64,000 bases of DNA from Anaerolineales bacterium (GCA_050010135.1 JBEKLP010000002.1:27906-91905), one strand, 5' to 3'. Counted from the stretch's first letter, positions 26,250 to 36,477 are shown. Made by a program: numbers and translations. Notes: generated by a model not told the origin, from the sequence alone.

Positions 26250-27548
26250 TTATTTCCAATCTCCGAGGATCATTCTCGCCGTTTCGCGACCGAGGCGCAC
26301 GGCGTAATTCGTTCCGCGATCCCACGGATAGACCTGGCTCATGCCGGCAAAATACAGGCCCGGAAGGGGAGTTCGCACGGGGGGGATGTTGCGCGAGTGA
26401 CGGATCAGCGGAACGGGTTGGGCATACTCGGTTTTAAACAACCAGGATTTCTTCACCCAAGATGACTGGAATTCCGGATTGATCCGACGGAGCGCGGGAA
26501 GGAACCGCTTCTGCAATGCCTCCCGCGTCATGGAAAAATATTCGTGACCCAGCGGAAGGTAATCCCCGCAGTAAACGATGTGATTGCCGCCGAAATGTTC
26601 CGGGGGCAGGAAGTTGGTGTGTTCGACCAATCCCAAGAAGGGGAATCCTGCGTCTTTGGGTAGATTGTGCCAATACACCCCCTGCGTGGAAAGCCGGTGG
26701 GAAAGTTCGAACACCATCACCACGGCGCCCATGTGCCGGAGCGAACGCAGTTTGGCGAGATAATCCGCCGGCAGCGCGGGTGCCATCGCGGCCAATTGAT
26801 GCGGTGAAAACGTCGCCAGGCAAACGTCGAATCGCTCTTTGCCGAACGGCACCTGGAGTTCGAAGCCGCCTTCCGGATGAGCAACCATGCTTTCGACCCG
26901 CGCCGAATAGCGCAGGCGGACTCCCATTTCGCCAAGTCGGCCGGCGAGTTGATCAAAGAATGCCTGCATCCCCCCCTGGTAGGTAACCAGATTCGGCGTG
27001 CGGGAATGCATCCGGGCCCAAAACCACGCCATATTGATCAACCGATAATTTTCCTCACCGAATTTGCCGACCAGGAGCGGCTTCCATACTTGATCGTAAA
27101 TGCGGTTCCCGAACCAGCGGCGCATCCAATCGTCGGCCGCATATGCTTCCATCCATTTCCAAAAAGGATTGAGCTTCAGGATGAAACCGGCAATGAACAG
27201 ATTCCATACCCGCAAGGGAAAGGGCAGACCCGGGAACGCCAGCCAGGAGGGAATGCTGTCGTAGGCGTAGAATTTTTCTTTATAGTAGATCGCCGTCACC
27301 GGCCGCCGGACGACGATGTTCTTTTCCCAACCGAGTTCGCGGATAAACCCGAGAACGTCCCGGTCGGAGGTGAACCAATGCCGGTAATATTTCTCGACGC
27401 TCCACTCCCAATCCGGCTCGCGGAATCCGCCCCCCAACCCGCCGGGTGTCGGGTCCGCCTCGAAAACCGTCACCGCGTGTCCGGCGCGCGCCAGATCGTA
27501 CGCCGCCGACAGTCCACCCGCACCCGCTCCAATGATTGCCACCCGCAT
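26250..27548 (-). CDS. NAD(P)/FAD-dependent oxidoreductase (amine oxidase/protoporphyrinogen oxidase-like family)
   Basis: Dinucleotide-binding start VAIIGAGAGGLSAAYDL...VFEA...GG; C-terminal AGMSQVYPWDRGTNYAV. Confidence 0.85.
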   Translation of the reverse strand: MRVAIIGAGAGGLSAAYDLARAGHAVTVFEADPTPGGLGGGFREPDWEWSVEKYYRHWFTSDRDVLGFIRELGWEKNIVVRRPVTAIYYKEKFYAYDSIPSWLAFPGLPFPLRVWNLFIAGFILKLNPFWKWMEAYAADDWMRRWFGNRIYDQVWKPLLVGKFGEENYRLINMAWFWARMHSRTPNLVTYQGGMQAFFDQLAGRLGEMGVRLRYSARVESMVAHPEGGFELQVPFGKERFDVCLATFSPHQLAAMAPALPADYLAKLRSLRHMGAVVMVFELSHRLSTQGVYWHNLPKDAGFPFLGLVEHTNFLPPEHFGGNHIVYCGDYLPLGHEYFSMTREALQKRFLPALRRINPEFQSSWVKKSWLFKTEYAQPVPLIRHSRNIPPVRTPLPGLYFAGMSQVYPWDRGTNYAVRLGRETARMILGDWK

Positions 27549-27685
27549 GGATGATCCTCCCTACCCGAAGTTGACTCTCTTACGATGGATTTCCGGTTTC
27601 TCGGATCCGCTCGTGCGGGCCGGGATTTCCGATTCCTCATCCGATCAGCGACCGCGAACGCCGGCCGGCTGACGTCCTATCGAAA

Positions 27686-30130
27686 TTATCCGTCCGGTTT
27701 CGAGCACACCCATGCCAATTCTTTGGACGTGTACATGTCGTATTCCCATTTTCCGGAAGGCGAATATACCGGGCACCATTTTTCGCCAAGCGCCTGCAGA
27801 GAGACTCGCAGTCCATCCTGCAATTGTTCCGGCTGGGTAGGCACGACGAAAAGAATACTTTTGGAATCCGTCAAAATCGGCAAAGTGGATTCCGGCAAAA
27901 GGGGACTATCTACCGCCACCTTTTCCAATTGTATGCCGGACCAGGACCGAGGGTAAATTTCCTTAAACCGCAGGAAAGGGTTCAGGCTCCAGTCTGCATA
28001 GGTCACAAAGACATACTTTTCCGGGGCAGCTAAACTTCCTCCGCGGATTTCACCGGCCAGCCGCAAGACGAGCGATTCAAACACTTGACGGTCCAGCCAA
28101 CGATCGTAGGAAATAACGGTCGCGTAAAACAGGTTCGTCGCTACCAGAATCGCCAGGACACCGGCGAGTATAAACGTTTGGATTCTGCCCCCAGCACTTC
28201 CCATGAAGCGAAGCTGATCCCGAAGCCAACTTAGACCAAACGCGGCAGCAAGAGCCCACCAGGGAAGAACGACGAACATTCTGGTCGTGGACGGCAAATC
28301 GGGCGATCCGATGATGCTCGCCACTGTCAGGAGAAGGATCCAACCCAGGAGGAAAAAAACGGCGAAACGGCTGCGGCGAATCCAATACAGGATCACGAAG
28401 AAACCTATTCCCACAAAAGCGGCGGTCATCCAATCCACATACGACATCGAGACAAAATGGCTTTCATTCGTTATATACAGATACGAGAACCACGAAGTCA
28501 GAATGCGATTGGCCAAAAACTGAACAGGGCCGTCGGGGAAGGGATTTTTTTCCAAGGTGGTGAAAATGGTAAAACCGAAACCCGTCTTCCAAAATGCAGG
28601 CTGGAAACAAAGCGGGAAACAGAGCATTCCAAAACCGCCTGCCAGGACCGCCCAGCGTAACCTTGCGGGACGGGAAATTGGAGGCGCAAAGCAGAGTAAA
28701 AGAAGGATAACCAGCGGAATGGAGACAATAGCAATGCCAAACACGTAGAAATTCATCGCCAATACAACACCGCAGAGTGCGAATGCCGCCGTTCGCCCTG
28801 ATCGCGCCGCCCAAGCGGCTACCGCGAGCGAAATCGAAAGGGTAAACAGGGCCTGCAGACTGACGTATCCGATCTTGCTGAAATTGATCAGATAATGGGA
28901 TACGGCCAGAAAGAAACAAGCCAGAAGGGCCACCCGCCGATCCAAAAAGGTCTTAAAAAAAATGTAGAGGAAGAGGATGGAAAGAGCAATCAGATAGATA
29001 TTGCTGAATCGCCATCCGAAACTCTGGGTGCCAAATACCCGCAGAAATAAACTTTGAACGATGGAAGCAAAATAGGGATTTTGCCCATATACGCCCATCT
29101 CATCGAACAAGTGTGCCGCGACGACGGAGAGATTGGTTTTTTCCAAGATCTCCCGCGCACTTTCGTAAAAGCCATACTCATCTCCGACTACGGATGTCCA
29201 CCAGGCATTGATATTGATGGAGAATAGAATTATCCCCAGGGAAAATATCCAATAGATCGTCGGGATGCGATGCCGGAAACGGAGAAGGAAGATGATCGCC
29301 AACACCAAAACGGCCGCGAAGATCGGAAGGTAATTCGGAGAGGAATAATAAACCGCAAGGACCATCACCAAAGCCGAATGCGCCAGCAGGCAAGCAAACA
29401 TCCAACCCCGGTTCTCCCAAAGGATCTTCCATAAACGGACGAGGGAAATATCCCGCAGCAACCACCCTGTGACGTACGTCCCGGCGACTAGCGCCAGTTC
29501 CGCCCCGGGGATTCTACGATCCGCCACGTTAAACGCGGCGATGGCGGCAAACCCCGCCAGCGAGATCCACCGCAACAGCCGGCTGATGGTGATCTGCATG
29601 GGGGAAATCCCGGCATCGGACCCGGTGGCGTCCGCACGAAGCTCGAGAAACATTTGCCGTCCAAGCGGGAAGAGAGCGATCAACAATCCCACCGCCAGCA
29701 AGCAGAATAAAATCAGCAGGATATATTCAGGCAAGGGCAAGGCGCACAGAAGGGGAACTTTGCACCGGAGGTCGGAGAAGAGAAAGCGGATCTTCTCCAG
29801 ATCAAACCAACGATCCATTACCACAAGCGCGGAAGGGATCACCGCAAGGATGAGAATCGAGCAGAGGAGGATCGGCCGGATCCACGGGAACACCACTCTC
29901 CATAGACTCTTCCAACCTTCGTTATCCTGGTTCACGTTTCGATCTGATCGATCGACCAACGGGAGGAAATCGTTCTGGAGAGGGTTCTTTTCCGCCGGGG
30001 AGGTTTCGTTAACGTTCCGCCTTGCACGCAATTTACGCTGTGCGAGTATCCATGCAAAGTCAAACAGGACGCCGAGCAGCACGGCAATTCCCGTGAGAAT
30101 TAATATTTGCGAATCTCGCTCAGGGGTCAT
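27686..30130 (-). CDS. Large membrane glycosyltransferase, GT-C fold (GT39/ArnT-like)
   Basis: Many TM helices; GDEYGF, P.FASIVQSLFLRVFG...FGWRFSN, SHYLINFSKIGY. The likely start MTPERDSQ follows GAGGAAGG; the longer ORF-track extension overlaps nadB. Confidence 0.8.
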   Translation of the reverse strand: MTPERDSQILILTGIAVLLGVLFDFAWILAQRKLRARRNVNETSPAEKNPLQNDFLPLVDRSDRNVNQDNEGWKSLWRVVFPWIRPILLCSILILAVIPSALVVMDRWFDLEKIRFLFSDLRCKVPLLCALPLPEYILLILFCLLAVGLLIALFPLGRQMFLELRADATGSDAGISPMQITISRLLRWISLAGFAAIAAFNVADRRIPGAELALVAGTYVTGWLLRDISLVRLWKILWENRGWMFACLLAHSALVMVLAVYYSSPNYLPIFAAVLVLAIIFLLRFRHRIPTIYWIFSLGIILFSININAWWTSVVGDEYGFYESAREILEKTNLSVVAAHLFDEMGVYGQNPYFASIVQSLFLRVFGTQSFGWRFSNIYLIALSILFLYIFFKTFLDRRVALLACFFLAVSHYLINFSKIGYVSLQALFTLSISLAVAAWAARSGRTAAFALCGVVLAMNFYVFGIAIVSIPLVILLLLCFAPPISRPARLRWAVLAGGFGMLCFPLCFQPAFWKTGFGFTIFTTLEKNPFPDGPVQFLANRILTSWFSYLYITNESHFVSMSYVDWMTAAFVGIGFFVILYWIRRSRFAVFFLLGWILLLTVASIIGSPDLPSTTRMFVVLPWWALAAAFGLSWLRDQLRFMGSAGGRIQTFILAGVLAILVATNLFYATVISYDRWLDRQVFESLVLRLAGEIRGGSLAAPEKYVFVTYADWSLNPFLRFKEIYPRSWSGIQLEKVAVDSPLLPESTLPILTDSKSILFVVPTQPEQLQDGLRVSLQALGEKWCPVYSPSGKWEYDMYTSKELAWVCSKPDG

Positions 30131-30174
30131 TTCCTTCCTCAATCGATCCCCGCTGTAGTTGGTAAGGGCACGGA

Positions 30175-31761
30175 TTAGAGCACTCCCGCTTGTTTGCCGT
30201 CCTCCAAATAATGGCAGCCGATGCTCACTCGATTGTGCTTGGCGGCCGTGGCGACGATCAGCGCGGTTTGGATGCTGTGCCGCAAACCGATGAGCGCGTC
30301 GTTGAGACGTGTGGTTCTGTAAAAGCCTTCGATTTCTTCCTTCAGATGATAGAGATCGCTCAGCGCCCGGTCCAATCGGACGGCGGAGCGGATCAAGCCC
30401 ACGTAATGCCACATGGTGTATTGAATGGTGCGGATATCGCGCCAGATCAGCGCCGGGTCGGCATCCTCGCTTACGCCGGGTTCCCAGGAAGGCACCTCGG
30501 CCGGATCCGTTTCCGGCAGCGCGCCCATTTCCTCGATATCCTGCGCCGCGCGCTCCCCCCACACCAAGCCTTCGAGCAGCGACGTGCTCGCCAGGCGGTT
30601 GGCTCCATGCACTCCGGTGCAGGCCACCTCGCCGACGGCATACAAACCGGGGATGGTTGTCCGGCCCCAGGCATCCGTCCAAACTCCCCCGCAAGAGTAA
30701 TGTTCGGCCGGCACAACCGGGATCGGCTGATGGGTAATGTCGATGCCGGCCTCCAGGCAGCGCGCATAGATATTCGGGAACCGGGTGCGGATAAGGTCCG
30801 CCGGCAGGAAGGATATGTCCAGCAGGACATGCGGATAATCGTGCTCCACCATCTCGCGGTGGATCGCCCGCGCAACGATGTCGCGCGGCGCCAAGTCTTT
30901 CCACTCCGGAGAATATTTCGCCATGAACGCGATTCCATCCGGGGTCAGCAGCCGTCCGCCTTCGCCGCGCACGGCCTCCGAAATGAGAAATCCTTCGGTT
31001 TCGGGCGCCGCCAGGACGGTCGGATGGAACTGGATGAATTCGGCGTTGATCACGCGGGCGCCGGCGCGATACGCCATCGCCAATCCGTCGCCGCGGGCTC
31101 CCTCCGGGTTGGTCGTGTAACGGTAAATCCGTCCGAGCCCGCCTGTGGCGAGGATCGTAGCCCCCGCCAGAAAGCGATGCACGGTGGCATCGGCTTGATC
31201 GAAAACGTACGCGCCGTGACAAGTGATGGGTTGATAGATGGCCAGCGGGTCGCGGGCATGGTGCGGGAAGGTGATCAAGTCCACACCGGTGGCCGAATTC
31301 ACGAAGCGGATGTTGGAGCGTTCCCGCATCAACCGGAGCAGCGCGCGGATGATGGCCTGACCGGTCGTATCCCCGACATGCAGGATTCTCGGGCGGGAGT
31401 GAGCCCCTTCGACCCCGTAATCCAACTCGTCGTTTGGGGTACGGTCGAACGGCACCCCAGCCTGGTCGATTAACACCTCGCGCACAAGAACGGGGCCTTC
31501 TTCGGCAAGGATTCTTGCCGCCGACGGGAGGCTCAACCCCGCGCCCGCTGCGAGGATGTCCCGAACGATCGAGTCGACGCTGTCTTCCTTCCCCAACGTT
31601 ACAATTCCGCCCTGCGCATACTTGGAATTGCTCTCTTCGGGATCCGAGGCGCGCGTGATGACCGTGATTTGGCGCTGGCGGTCCTCCGACAGACGGAGCG
31701 CCGCGCTGGCGCCGGCTATTCCGCAGCCGACAATCAACACATCAGATTCGACAGGACTCAT
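30175..31761 (-). CDS. nadB: L-aspartate oxidase
   Basis: DVLIVGCGIAG, SKYAQGGI, EGAHSRPRILH, QFHPT, LISEAVRGEG, HYSCGG, GVHGANRLASTSLLEG. Confidence 0.95.
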   Translation of the reverse strand: MSPVESDVLIVGCGIAGASAALRLSEDRQRQITVITRASDPEESNSKYAQGGIVTLGKEDSVDSIVRDILAAGAGLSLPSAARILAEEGPVLVREVLIDQAGVPFDRTPNDELDYGVEGAHSRPRILHVGDTTGQAIIRALLRLMRERSNIRFVNSATGVDLITFPHHARDPLAIYQPITCHGAYVFDQADATVHRFLAGATILATGGLGRIYRYTTNPEGARGDGLAMAYRAGARVINAEFIQFHPTVLAAPETEGFLISEAVRGEGGRLLTPDGIAFMAKYSPEWKDLAPRDIVARAIHREMVEHDYPHVLLDISFLPADLIRTRFPNIYARCLEAGIDITHQPIPVVPAEHYSCGGVWTDAWGRTTIPGLYAVGEVACTGVHGANRLASTSLLEGLVWGERAAQDIEEMGALPETDPAEVPSWEPGVSEDADPALIWRDIRTIQYTMWHYVGLIRSAVRLDRALSDLYHLKEEIEGFYRTTRLNDALIGLRHSIQTALIVATAAKHNRVSIGCHYLEDGKQAGVL

Positions 31762-32855
31762 GCACTTGCCTCCAGCATCCTTTGAAGCGCGGTGCTCGCC
31801 GGGCCGGCAACCGCTTCCGGTACACGGATTGGGTTGACCAATTCCCCGCGTACTAGTCCGTCCGTCACCCGCGCCAGTGACTCCACAGTGGTCTTGTTCA
31901 TGGTAATGCAGTTGTTGGGGGATGGCGAGAGCAGGTGGATTTCCTGTTCGGGATGAGCGCGCGCCAGGCGGTTTACCAGGTTTTCTTCCGTGCCGATCGC
32001 CCATTTTGTCCCTGGCGGCGCGGCGTCCACCATCCGGAGGATGTCCGTGGTCGATCCCGCATCGTCCGCCAGACGCACCACTTCCTGAGTGCATTCCAGA
32101 TGCACCCAAACGCGGATTCCGGGGAAGCGCCTTCTCGCGTCGATGACGTGGGTGGGGAGGAAACGCTGGTGAACGTAGCACCATCCCTTCCAAAGGATGA
32201 TTTGCGCATCAAGGAGTTCTTCGCGGCTGTTGCCGCCCAGGGGTTCGCGCGGATCCCACAACGGCATCCGCTCCAGGGGAATGCCCATCCGCACCCCGCT
32301 ATTCCGTCCCAAATGTTGATCGGGGAAGAACAACGTCCGCGGACGGCGGTCGCGGGCCCATTCCAGAATTTTGCGTGCGTTGGAGGAGGTGCACACCGAT
32401 CCGCCGTGCGTTCCGCAAAAGGCTTTTAAATCCGCCTCGGAATTGATGTAGGTGACCGGCATCACGTCCCGTTCGGGTGACATGCACCCCTGCAACTGGC
32501 GCCAGGCATCCTCGACCAGCAGGCGGTCCGCCTTTTCCGCGAGCGGACAGAGCGCATCCGATTCCGGCAGCAGAACCGTTTGACCGGGCTGAGCGAGGAT
32601 CGCCGCCGTTTCGGCCATGAAGTGCACGCCGCAGAAGACGATGAATTTCGCCGATTTGTTCGCAGCGGCCGTGCGCGCCAGCTGCAGCGAATCACCGACG
32701 GTATCGGCGAACCGGATTACTTCATCCTTCTGATAATGGTGGCCCAAGATGACCAATTCGCCGCCAAGGCGTTCCTTGGCGGAAAGTATGCGCCGTTCGG
32801 GGGCGGAGGATTCGTCCATCATTTGGTCGAGGGGCGAGGATCCATCAACCGACAA
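31758..32855 (-). CDS. nadA: Quinolinate synthase
   Basis: ILGHHYQ, GDSLQL, IVFCGVHFMAETA, TYINS, CTSSNA, FPDQHLG, CYVH; start is uncertain. Confidence 0.95.
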   Translation of the reverse strand: MSVDGSSPLDQMMDESSAPERRILSAKERLGGELVILGHHYQKDEVIRFADTVGDSLQLARTAAANKSAKFIVFCGVHFMAETAAILAQPGQTVLLPESDALCPLAEKADRLLVEDAWRQLQGCMSPERDVMPVTYINSEADLKAFCGTHGGSVCTSSNARKILEWARDRRPRTLFFPDQHLGRNSGVRMGIPLERMPLWDPREPLGGNSREELLDAQIILWKGWCYVHQRFLPTHVIDARRRFPGIRVWVHLECTQEVVRLADDAGSTTDILRMVDAAPPGTKWAIGTEENLVNRLARAHPEQEIHLLSPSPNNCITMNKTTVESLARVTDGLVRGELVNPIRVPEAVAGPASTALQRMLEASA

Positions 32856-33699
32856 GTTCCAGGCTGACGTCCAGCGCCGGCGCGGAATGGGTCAACGCGC
32901 CGATGGATATGTAATTCACGCCGGTGGCGGCGATTTCGCGGACGGTATCGAGCGTTACTCCGCCGGTAACTTCCAGAGGAACCCGTTTATTCACCAGAGC
33001 CACAGATTGGCGGATCGTGGTCAAATCCATATTGTCCAGTTGGATTATATCCACCGGAAGCGAAAGGGCTTCCTTCAACTGATCCAGGGATTTAACTTCC
33101 AACTCGAGGGAAAGGGCGGGGTAGCACTCCCGGGCGCGGCGCACCGCAAGGGAGATCGACCCGGCGGCATGGATATGGTTGTCCTTCACCAGCAACATGT
33201 CGTGCAACCCTTGCCGGTGATTTTGAGCTCCACCGATCCGCACAGCGTATTTTTCGAGCACGCGGTACCCCGGAGTGGTTTTGCGGGTGTCGAGGATCAC
33301 CGCCCCCGTGCCCTGTACGGCTGCGACAAAAGCGGCGGCAAACGTGGCGATGCCGGAAAGACGCTGCAGAAAATTCAAGGCGATGCGTTCAAAGGAAAGG
33401 ATGGAGATGCCCGATCCTTCAAGGTTCACAAGAACGTCCGCAGGCTTCACGCGGGTTCCGTCATTGATCACAGGAGCCACCTTCACACGCGAATCACCCT
33501 TGAAATATACTGCCTTGACTACCGGCAATCCGGCGATAATTCCTTCCGCCTTGGCTACGATCACCGCTTTGACTTTCATCCCGGAAGGAATTACAGCAAG
33601 GCTTGTGGCGTCTCCGGATCCGATGTCCTCTGCGATTGCCGAAACGATCAGCCTTTCCGCCGATTGAAGGACATCTGCAAGCGAGGGAGAAAAATTCAT
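32845..33699 (-). CDS. nadC: Quinolinate phosphoribosyltransferase
   Basis: AEDIGSGDATS, ERIALNFLQRLSGIAT, DTRKTTPG, NHRQGL, KDNH, QLDNM, GALTHSA. Confidence 0.96.
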   Translation of the reverse strand: MNFSPSLADVLQSAERLIVSAIAEDIGSGDATSLAVIPSGMKVKAVIVAKAEGIIAGLPVVKAVYFKGDSRVKVAPVINDGTRVKPADVLVNLEGSGISILSFERIALNFLQRLSGIATFAAAFVAAVQGTGAVILDTRKTTPGYRVLEKYAVRIGGAQNHRQGLHDMLLVKDNHIHAAGSISLAVRRARECYPALSLELEVKSLDQLKEALSLPVDIIQLDNMDLTTIRQSVALVNKRVPLEVTGGVTLDTVREIAATGVNYISIGALTHSAPALDVSLELVG

Positions 33700-34196
33700 C
33701 GCCATTCTCCTGCCAATGAAATAAGGTTGATTATAATATCGGAAAGGAGATTCCGGCATTCAGGGGGCTCCCTCCCCGCCGGAGACGACGCCTGAAAACC
33801 GGGGAATTACTATCTCGGCCTCGGGTGGATGGTTCTCGGGTGTTTTTTCTCCAGCCAGGAGTGACGAACGATATCCTGATCCCTATTCTTCAACCGGCGG
33901 GCTCACCGGCAATCTCACCCGCAGCCGTCCGGGAACGCGGGTCGGACGGATTGTGGCGGGTGTTTTGTTCCTGGGGCTTCGGAAGCTTTTCAGACACCGG
34001 CTTCTTCGTGCACGCTGGCGGATCCTTTCCCACCAGAGGTGGACGGCGTTGCAACGGGCTTCCGGCAGGCGGAAAAAACCGGCCGACCCCGTCGATCATC
34101 GCAACAATCACACCTGCCTTACCTATGAAACCGGTTGCCTCGACACGTTCGCGTGGAATTCTCCCCTCCTCGCCCGATGCGTCTCCCAATGCGCCG

Positions 34197-34225
34197 TTGA
34201 CGCACCGCGTCCGGTATGGTATAAA
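34197..34225 (+). promoter_or_regulatory. Promoter of tRNA-Asp
   Basis: TTGACG, 17-bp spacer, TATAAA with an upstream TG. Confidence 0.7.
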
Positions 34226-34240
34226 TTCGGCCCGCACCCC

Positions 34241-34314
34241 GGGGGCGTGGTGTAGCTGGTTAACACGCGGCCCTGTCAAGGCCGAGACCGCGGGTTCGAA
34301 CCCCGTCGCTCCCG
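34241..34314 (+). tRNA. tRNA-Asp (GTC)
   Basis: GGGGGCGTGGTGTAGCTGGTTAACACGCGGCCCTGTCAAGGCCGAGACCGCGGGTTCGAACCCCGTCGCTCCCG forms a cloverleaf; CCA is not encoded. Confidence 0.96.
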
Positions 34315-34320
34315 CACGAT

Positions 34321-34349
34321 GTACAACTCGAAGGAGTTGTACTTTTTTT
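34321..34349 (+). terminator. Rho-independent terminator after tRNA-Asp
   Basis: GTACAACTC-GAAG-GAGTTGTAC followed by T7. Confidence 0.9.
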
Positions 34350-34511
34350 AAACTCGGCTTTATCTCCCGAGATTCCCTCGGATCCAAACACCCATTCCTG
34401 ATCTTGCCTTTCTCCGGCACGCTTTCGGAGAATTGGGGTTATATATTGCTGCAGGATTCTCACCGTGATATTATCCCGCTCAATGCCGTATGGAGTGAGG
34501 AAAGTCGATTC

Positions 34512-35441
34512 ATGGTCCGCCACAAGATCATCGTAAATCCGATCTCCGGCCGCGGGGAGGGAAAAGCCGATATCCCCCGGGCGGAGGAGCTGCTGCGAAC
34601 GCTTGGGATTCCCTTCGATCTGGTGTGCACCGAAGGGCCGATGCACGCCGTCTCGCTCGCGCGGGCCGCGGCGGCGGAAGGATACGGCGTGGTCGCCGCA
34701 ATGGGCGGCGACGGAACCGCCAACGAGGTATTAAACGGATTGATGCAGGTCCAGCCGTCCGGCGAAGGCCGTGCGGCGATGGGGATCATCGCGGTCGGAC
34801 GGGGAAACGATTTTGCGCATGGAATCGGGGTACCGCACGGATTGGAGACCTCCTGCCGGGTACTGGCTGCGGGCCGTCGCCGCCGGATCGACGTGGGAAA
34901 AGTTCGCGGAGGATTATTTCCGGATGGAAGATTTTTTGGCAACGGCATCGGGGTCGGATTCGACGCAGTGGTCGGGTTGGAAGCGGCGAAACTCACATGG
35001 CTTTCCGGATTCCCCTCCTATCTGGTCGCCGCTTTGAAAACGATTTTTCTATATTACCGCGCACCTTTGCTGCGCATCCGATACGACGGTGGCGTCCTGG
35101 AGCAACCCTGCCTGATGGTCTCGGTGATGAACGGGCGCCGGATGGGCGGCGCGTTCCACATGGCGCCGCAATCGAAACTCGACGACGGTCTCTTCACCGT
35201 CTGCCTGGGCGGCCAAGTCAGCCGCCTGGGGATTTTTTTCCTTATCCCGCGATTCCTTCGCGGCGATCAGGCCGGACATCCGGCCATCCGATTTTTCAAC
35301 ACGGCGCGCCTAGAGATCAGGGCGGTGCGCGGAACCTTTGCGGCGCACGCCGACGGAGAAACGCTGTGCACCGAAGGGAATTCGATTGCGGCGGAAATTC
35401 TCCCACAGGCGATCGAGGTTGTTTGCGGGGGAAAGGATTGA
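34512..35441 (+). CDS. Diacylglycerol kinase family lipid kinase (YegS/BmrU-like)
   Basis: IVNPISG, GGDGTANEVLNG, GRGNDFA, GVGFDA, HADGE. Confidence 0.92.
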   Translation: MVRHKIIVNPISGRGEGKADIPRAEELLRTLGIPFDLVCTEGPMHAVSLARAAAAEGYGVVAAMGGDGTANEVLNGLMQVQPSGEGRAAMGIIAVGRGNDFAHGIGVPHGLETSCRVLAAGRRRRIDVGKVRGGLFPDGRFFGNGIGVGFDAVVGLEAAKLTWLSGFPSYLVAALKTIFLYYRAPLLRIRYDGGVLEQPCLMVSVMNGRRMGGAFHMAPQSKLDDGLFTVCLGGQVSRLGIFFLIPRFLRGDQAGHPAIRFFNTARLEIRAVRGTFAAHADGETLCTEGNSIAAEILPQAIEVVCGGKD

Positions 35442-35445
35442 GGTC

Positions 35446-36120
35446 ATGAATCTGGCTCAGATCGCCGTCTATTACCCCATTCGGATCCTCGGCCGGATTC
35501 TCTTCCGGGTGCACGACGAGGAATTGGCGAAGATTCCGCAGCAAGGGCCGATGATCATCGTGGCCAATCACGTTAATTTCGCGGACGTGCCGGTTTTTTA
35601 CACCCACCTGATTCCCCGCCCAGTGACCGGTTTTGCGAAGATCGAAAACTGGAACAACCCAGCCTTGGGGTTTCTCTTCAGCCTGGGCGGCGCGATTCCC
35701 ATCCGCCGCGGAGCGGTGGACCGGACGGCGATCGTCGGCGCGCTCGAGGTGTTGCGTTCGGGACGGATTCTGGCCATCGCACCGGAAGGCACGCGCAGCG
35801 GTGACGGCCGGCTGCAAAAAGGGCACTCCGGTGTGGCTATCCTCGCGCTCGATAGCGGCGCGCCGTTATGGCCGGTGGCTTACTACGGGCTGGAGAATTT
35901 CTGGCGCAATCTGGTGCGATTCCGGCGGACCGACTTTTATTTCCGCGTCGGCGAGCCCTTTTCCGTGCGAACCGGCGACGAACGCCTCACCCGCGCAGTG
36001 CGCGAGCGGATCACGGAAGAAATCATGTATCGGATCGCAGCGCTGCTTCCGACGGAATATCGCGGATATTATTCGGATCTCTCCAAGGCAACGAGCCACC
36101 ACCTCGTCCCCATCAAATAA
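35446..36120 (+). CDS. Lysophospholipid acyltransferase (PlsC family)
   Basis: NHVNFAD (HxxxxD motif), PIRRG, APEGTRS. Confidence 0.92.
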   Translation: MNLAQIAVYYPIRILGRILFRVHDEELAKIPQQGPMIIVANHVNFADVPVFYTHLIPRPVTGFAKIENWNNPALGFLFSLGGAIPIRRGAVDRTAIVGALEVLRSGRILAIAPEGTRSGDGRLQKGHSGVAILALDSGAPLWPVAYYGLENFWRNLVRFRRTDFYFRVGEPFSVRTGDERLTRAVRERITEEIMYRIAALLPTEYRGYYSDLSKATSHHLVPIK

Positions 36121-36162
36121 ATTCCATCAATGCATGTGGTCGAACAATCTTCCTGGACTAAG

Positions 36163-36198
36163 AAAAAGGGACGGGGAAAGATCTCCGTCCCTTTGTTT
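36163..36198. terminator. Probable bidirectional terminator hairpin
   Basis: AAAGGGACGGGGA-AAGA-TCTCCGTCCCTTT flanked by A-rich and T-rich tracts. Confidence 0.7.
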
Positions 36199-36219
36199 AT
36201 CACAAACCAGCGGTAGATC

Positions 36220-36396
36220 CTACTTGCCGCAGGCCGAAAGTTCAACATCCATGAAGACGTTGCCGGCGGCCACCCGCGCAAAGCTTTTATCGTACGCGAC
36301 AAGCTGATAATGGATTACGGCGTCGGGGAACTTGGTGAAGTCTGGAATGCCTTCTGATAAAAGCATGGCGGCGTGCACTTTACCCTGAGAAACCAT
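36220..36396 (-). CDS. Small hypothetical protein or gene remnant, 58 aa
   Basis: Below the ORF-track cutoff: MVSQGKVHAAMLLSEGIPDFTKFPDAVIHYQLVAYDKSFARVAAGNVFMDVELSACGK. Protein-like composition and followed by a terminator hairpin, but no clear SD. Confidence 0.3.
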   Translation of the reverse strand: MVSQGKVHAAMLLSEGIPDFTKFPDAVIHYQLVAYDKSFARVAAGNVFMDVELSACGK

Positions 36397-36477
36397 CCGC
36401 TGACAGAGAGCATCAATTAAATACTACGCGGCAAGATCCGAAAGCGCGGATGGCGTTGCCTCCCCGGAAGATCCTAT

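Noticed and set aside
30131-31222. N-terminal 364 aa of the 1178-aa ORF, suggesting a giant fusion
   Set aside because: Out-of-frame overlap with nadB; a good SD precedes the Met at 30130.
33825-34511. N-terminal extension of the lipid kinase ORF
   Set aside because: Runs through tRNA-Asp and its terminator; the real start is most likely 34512.
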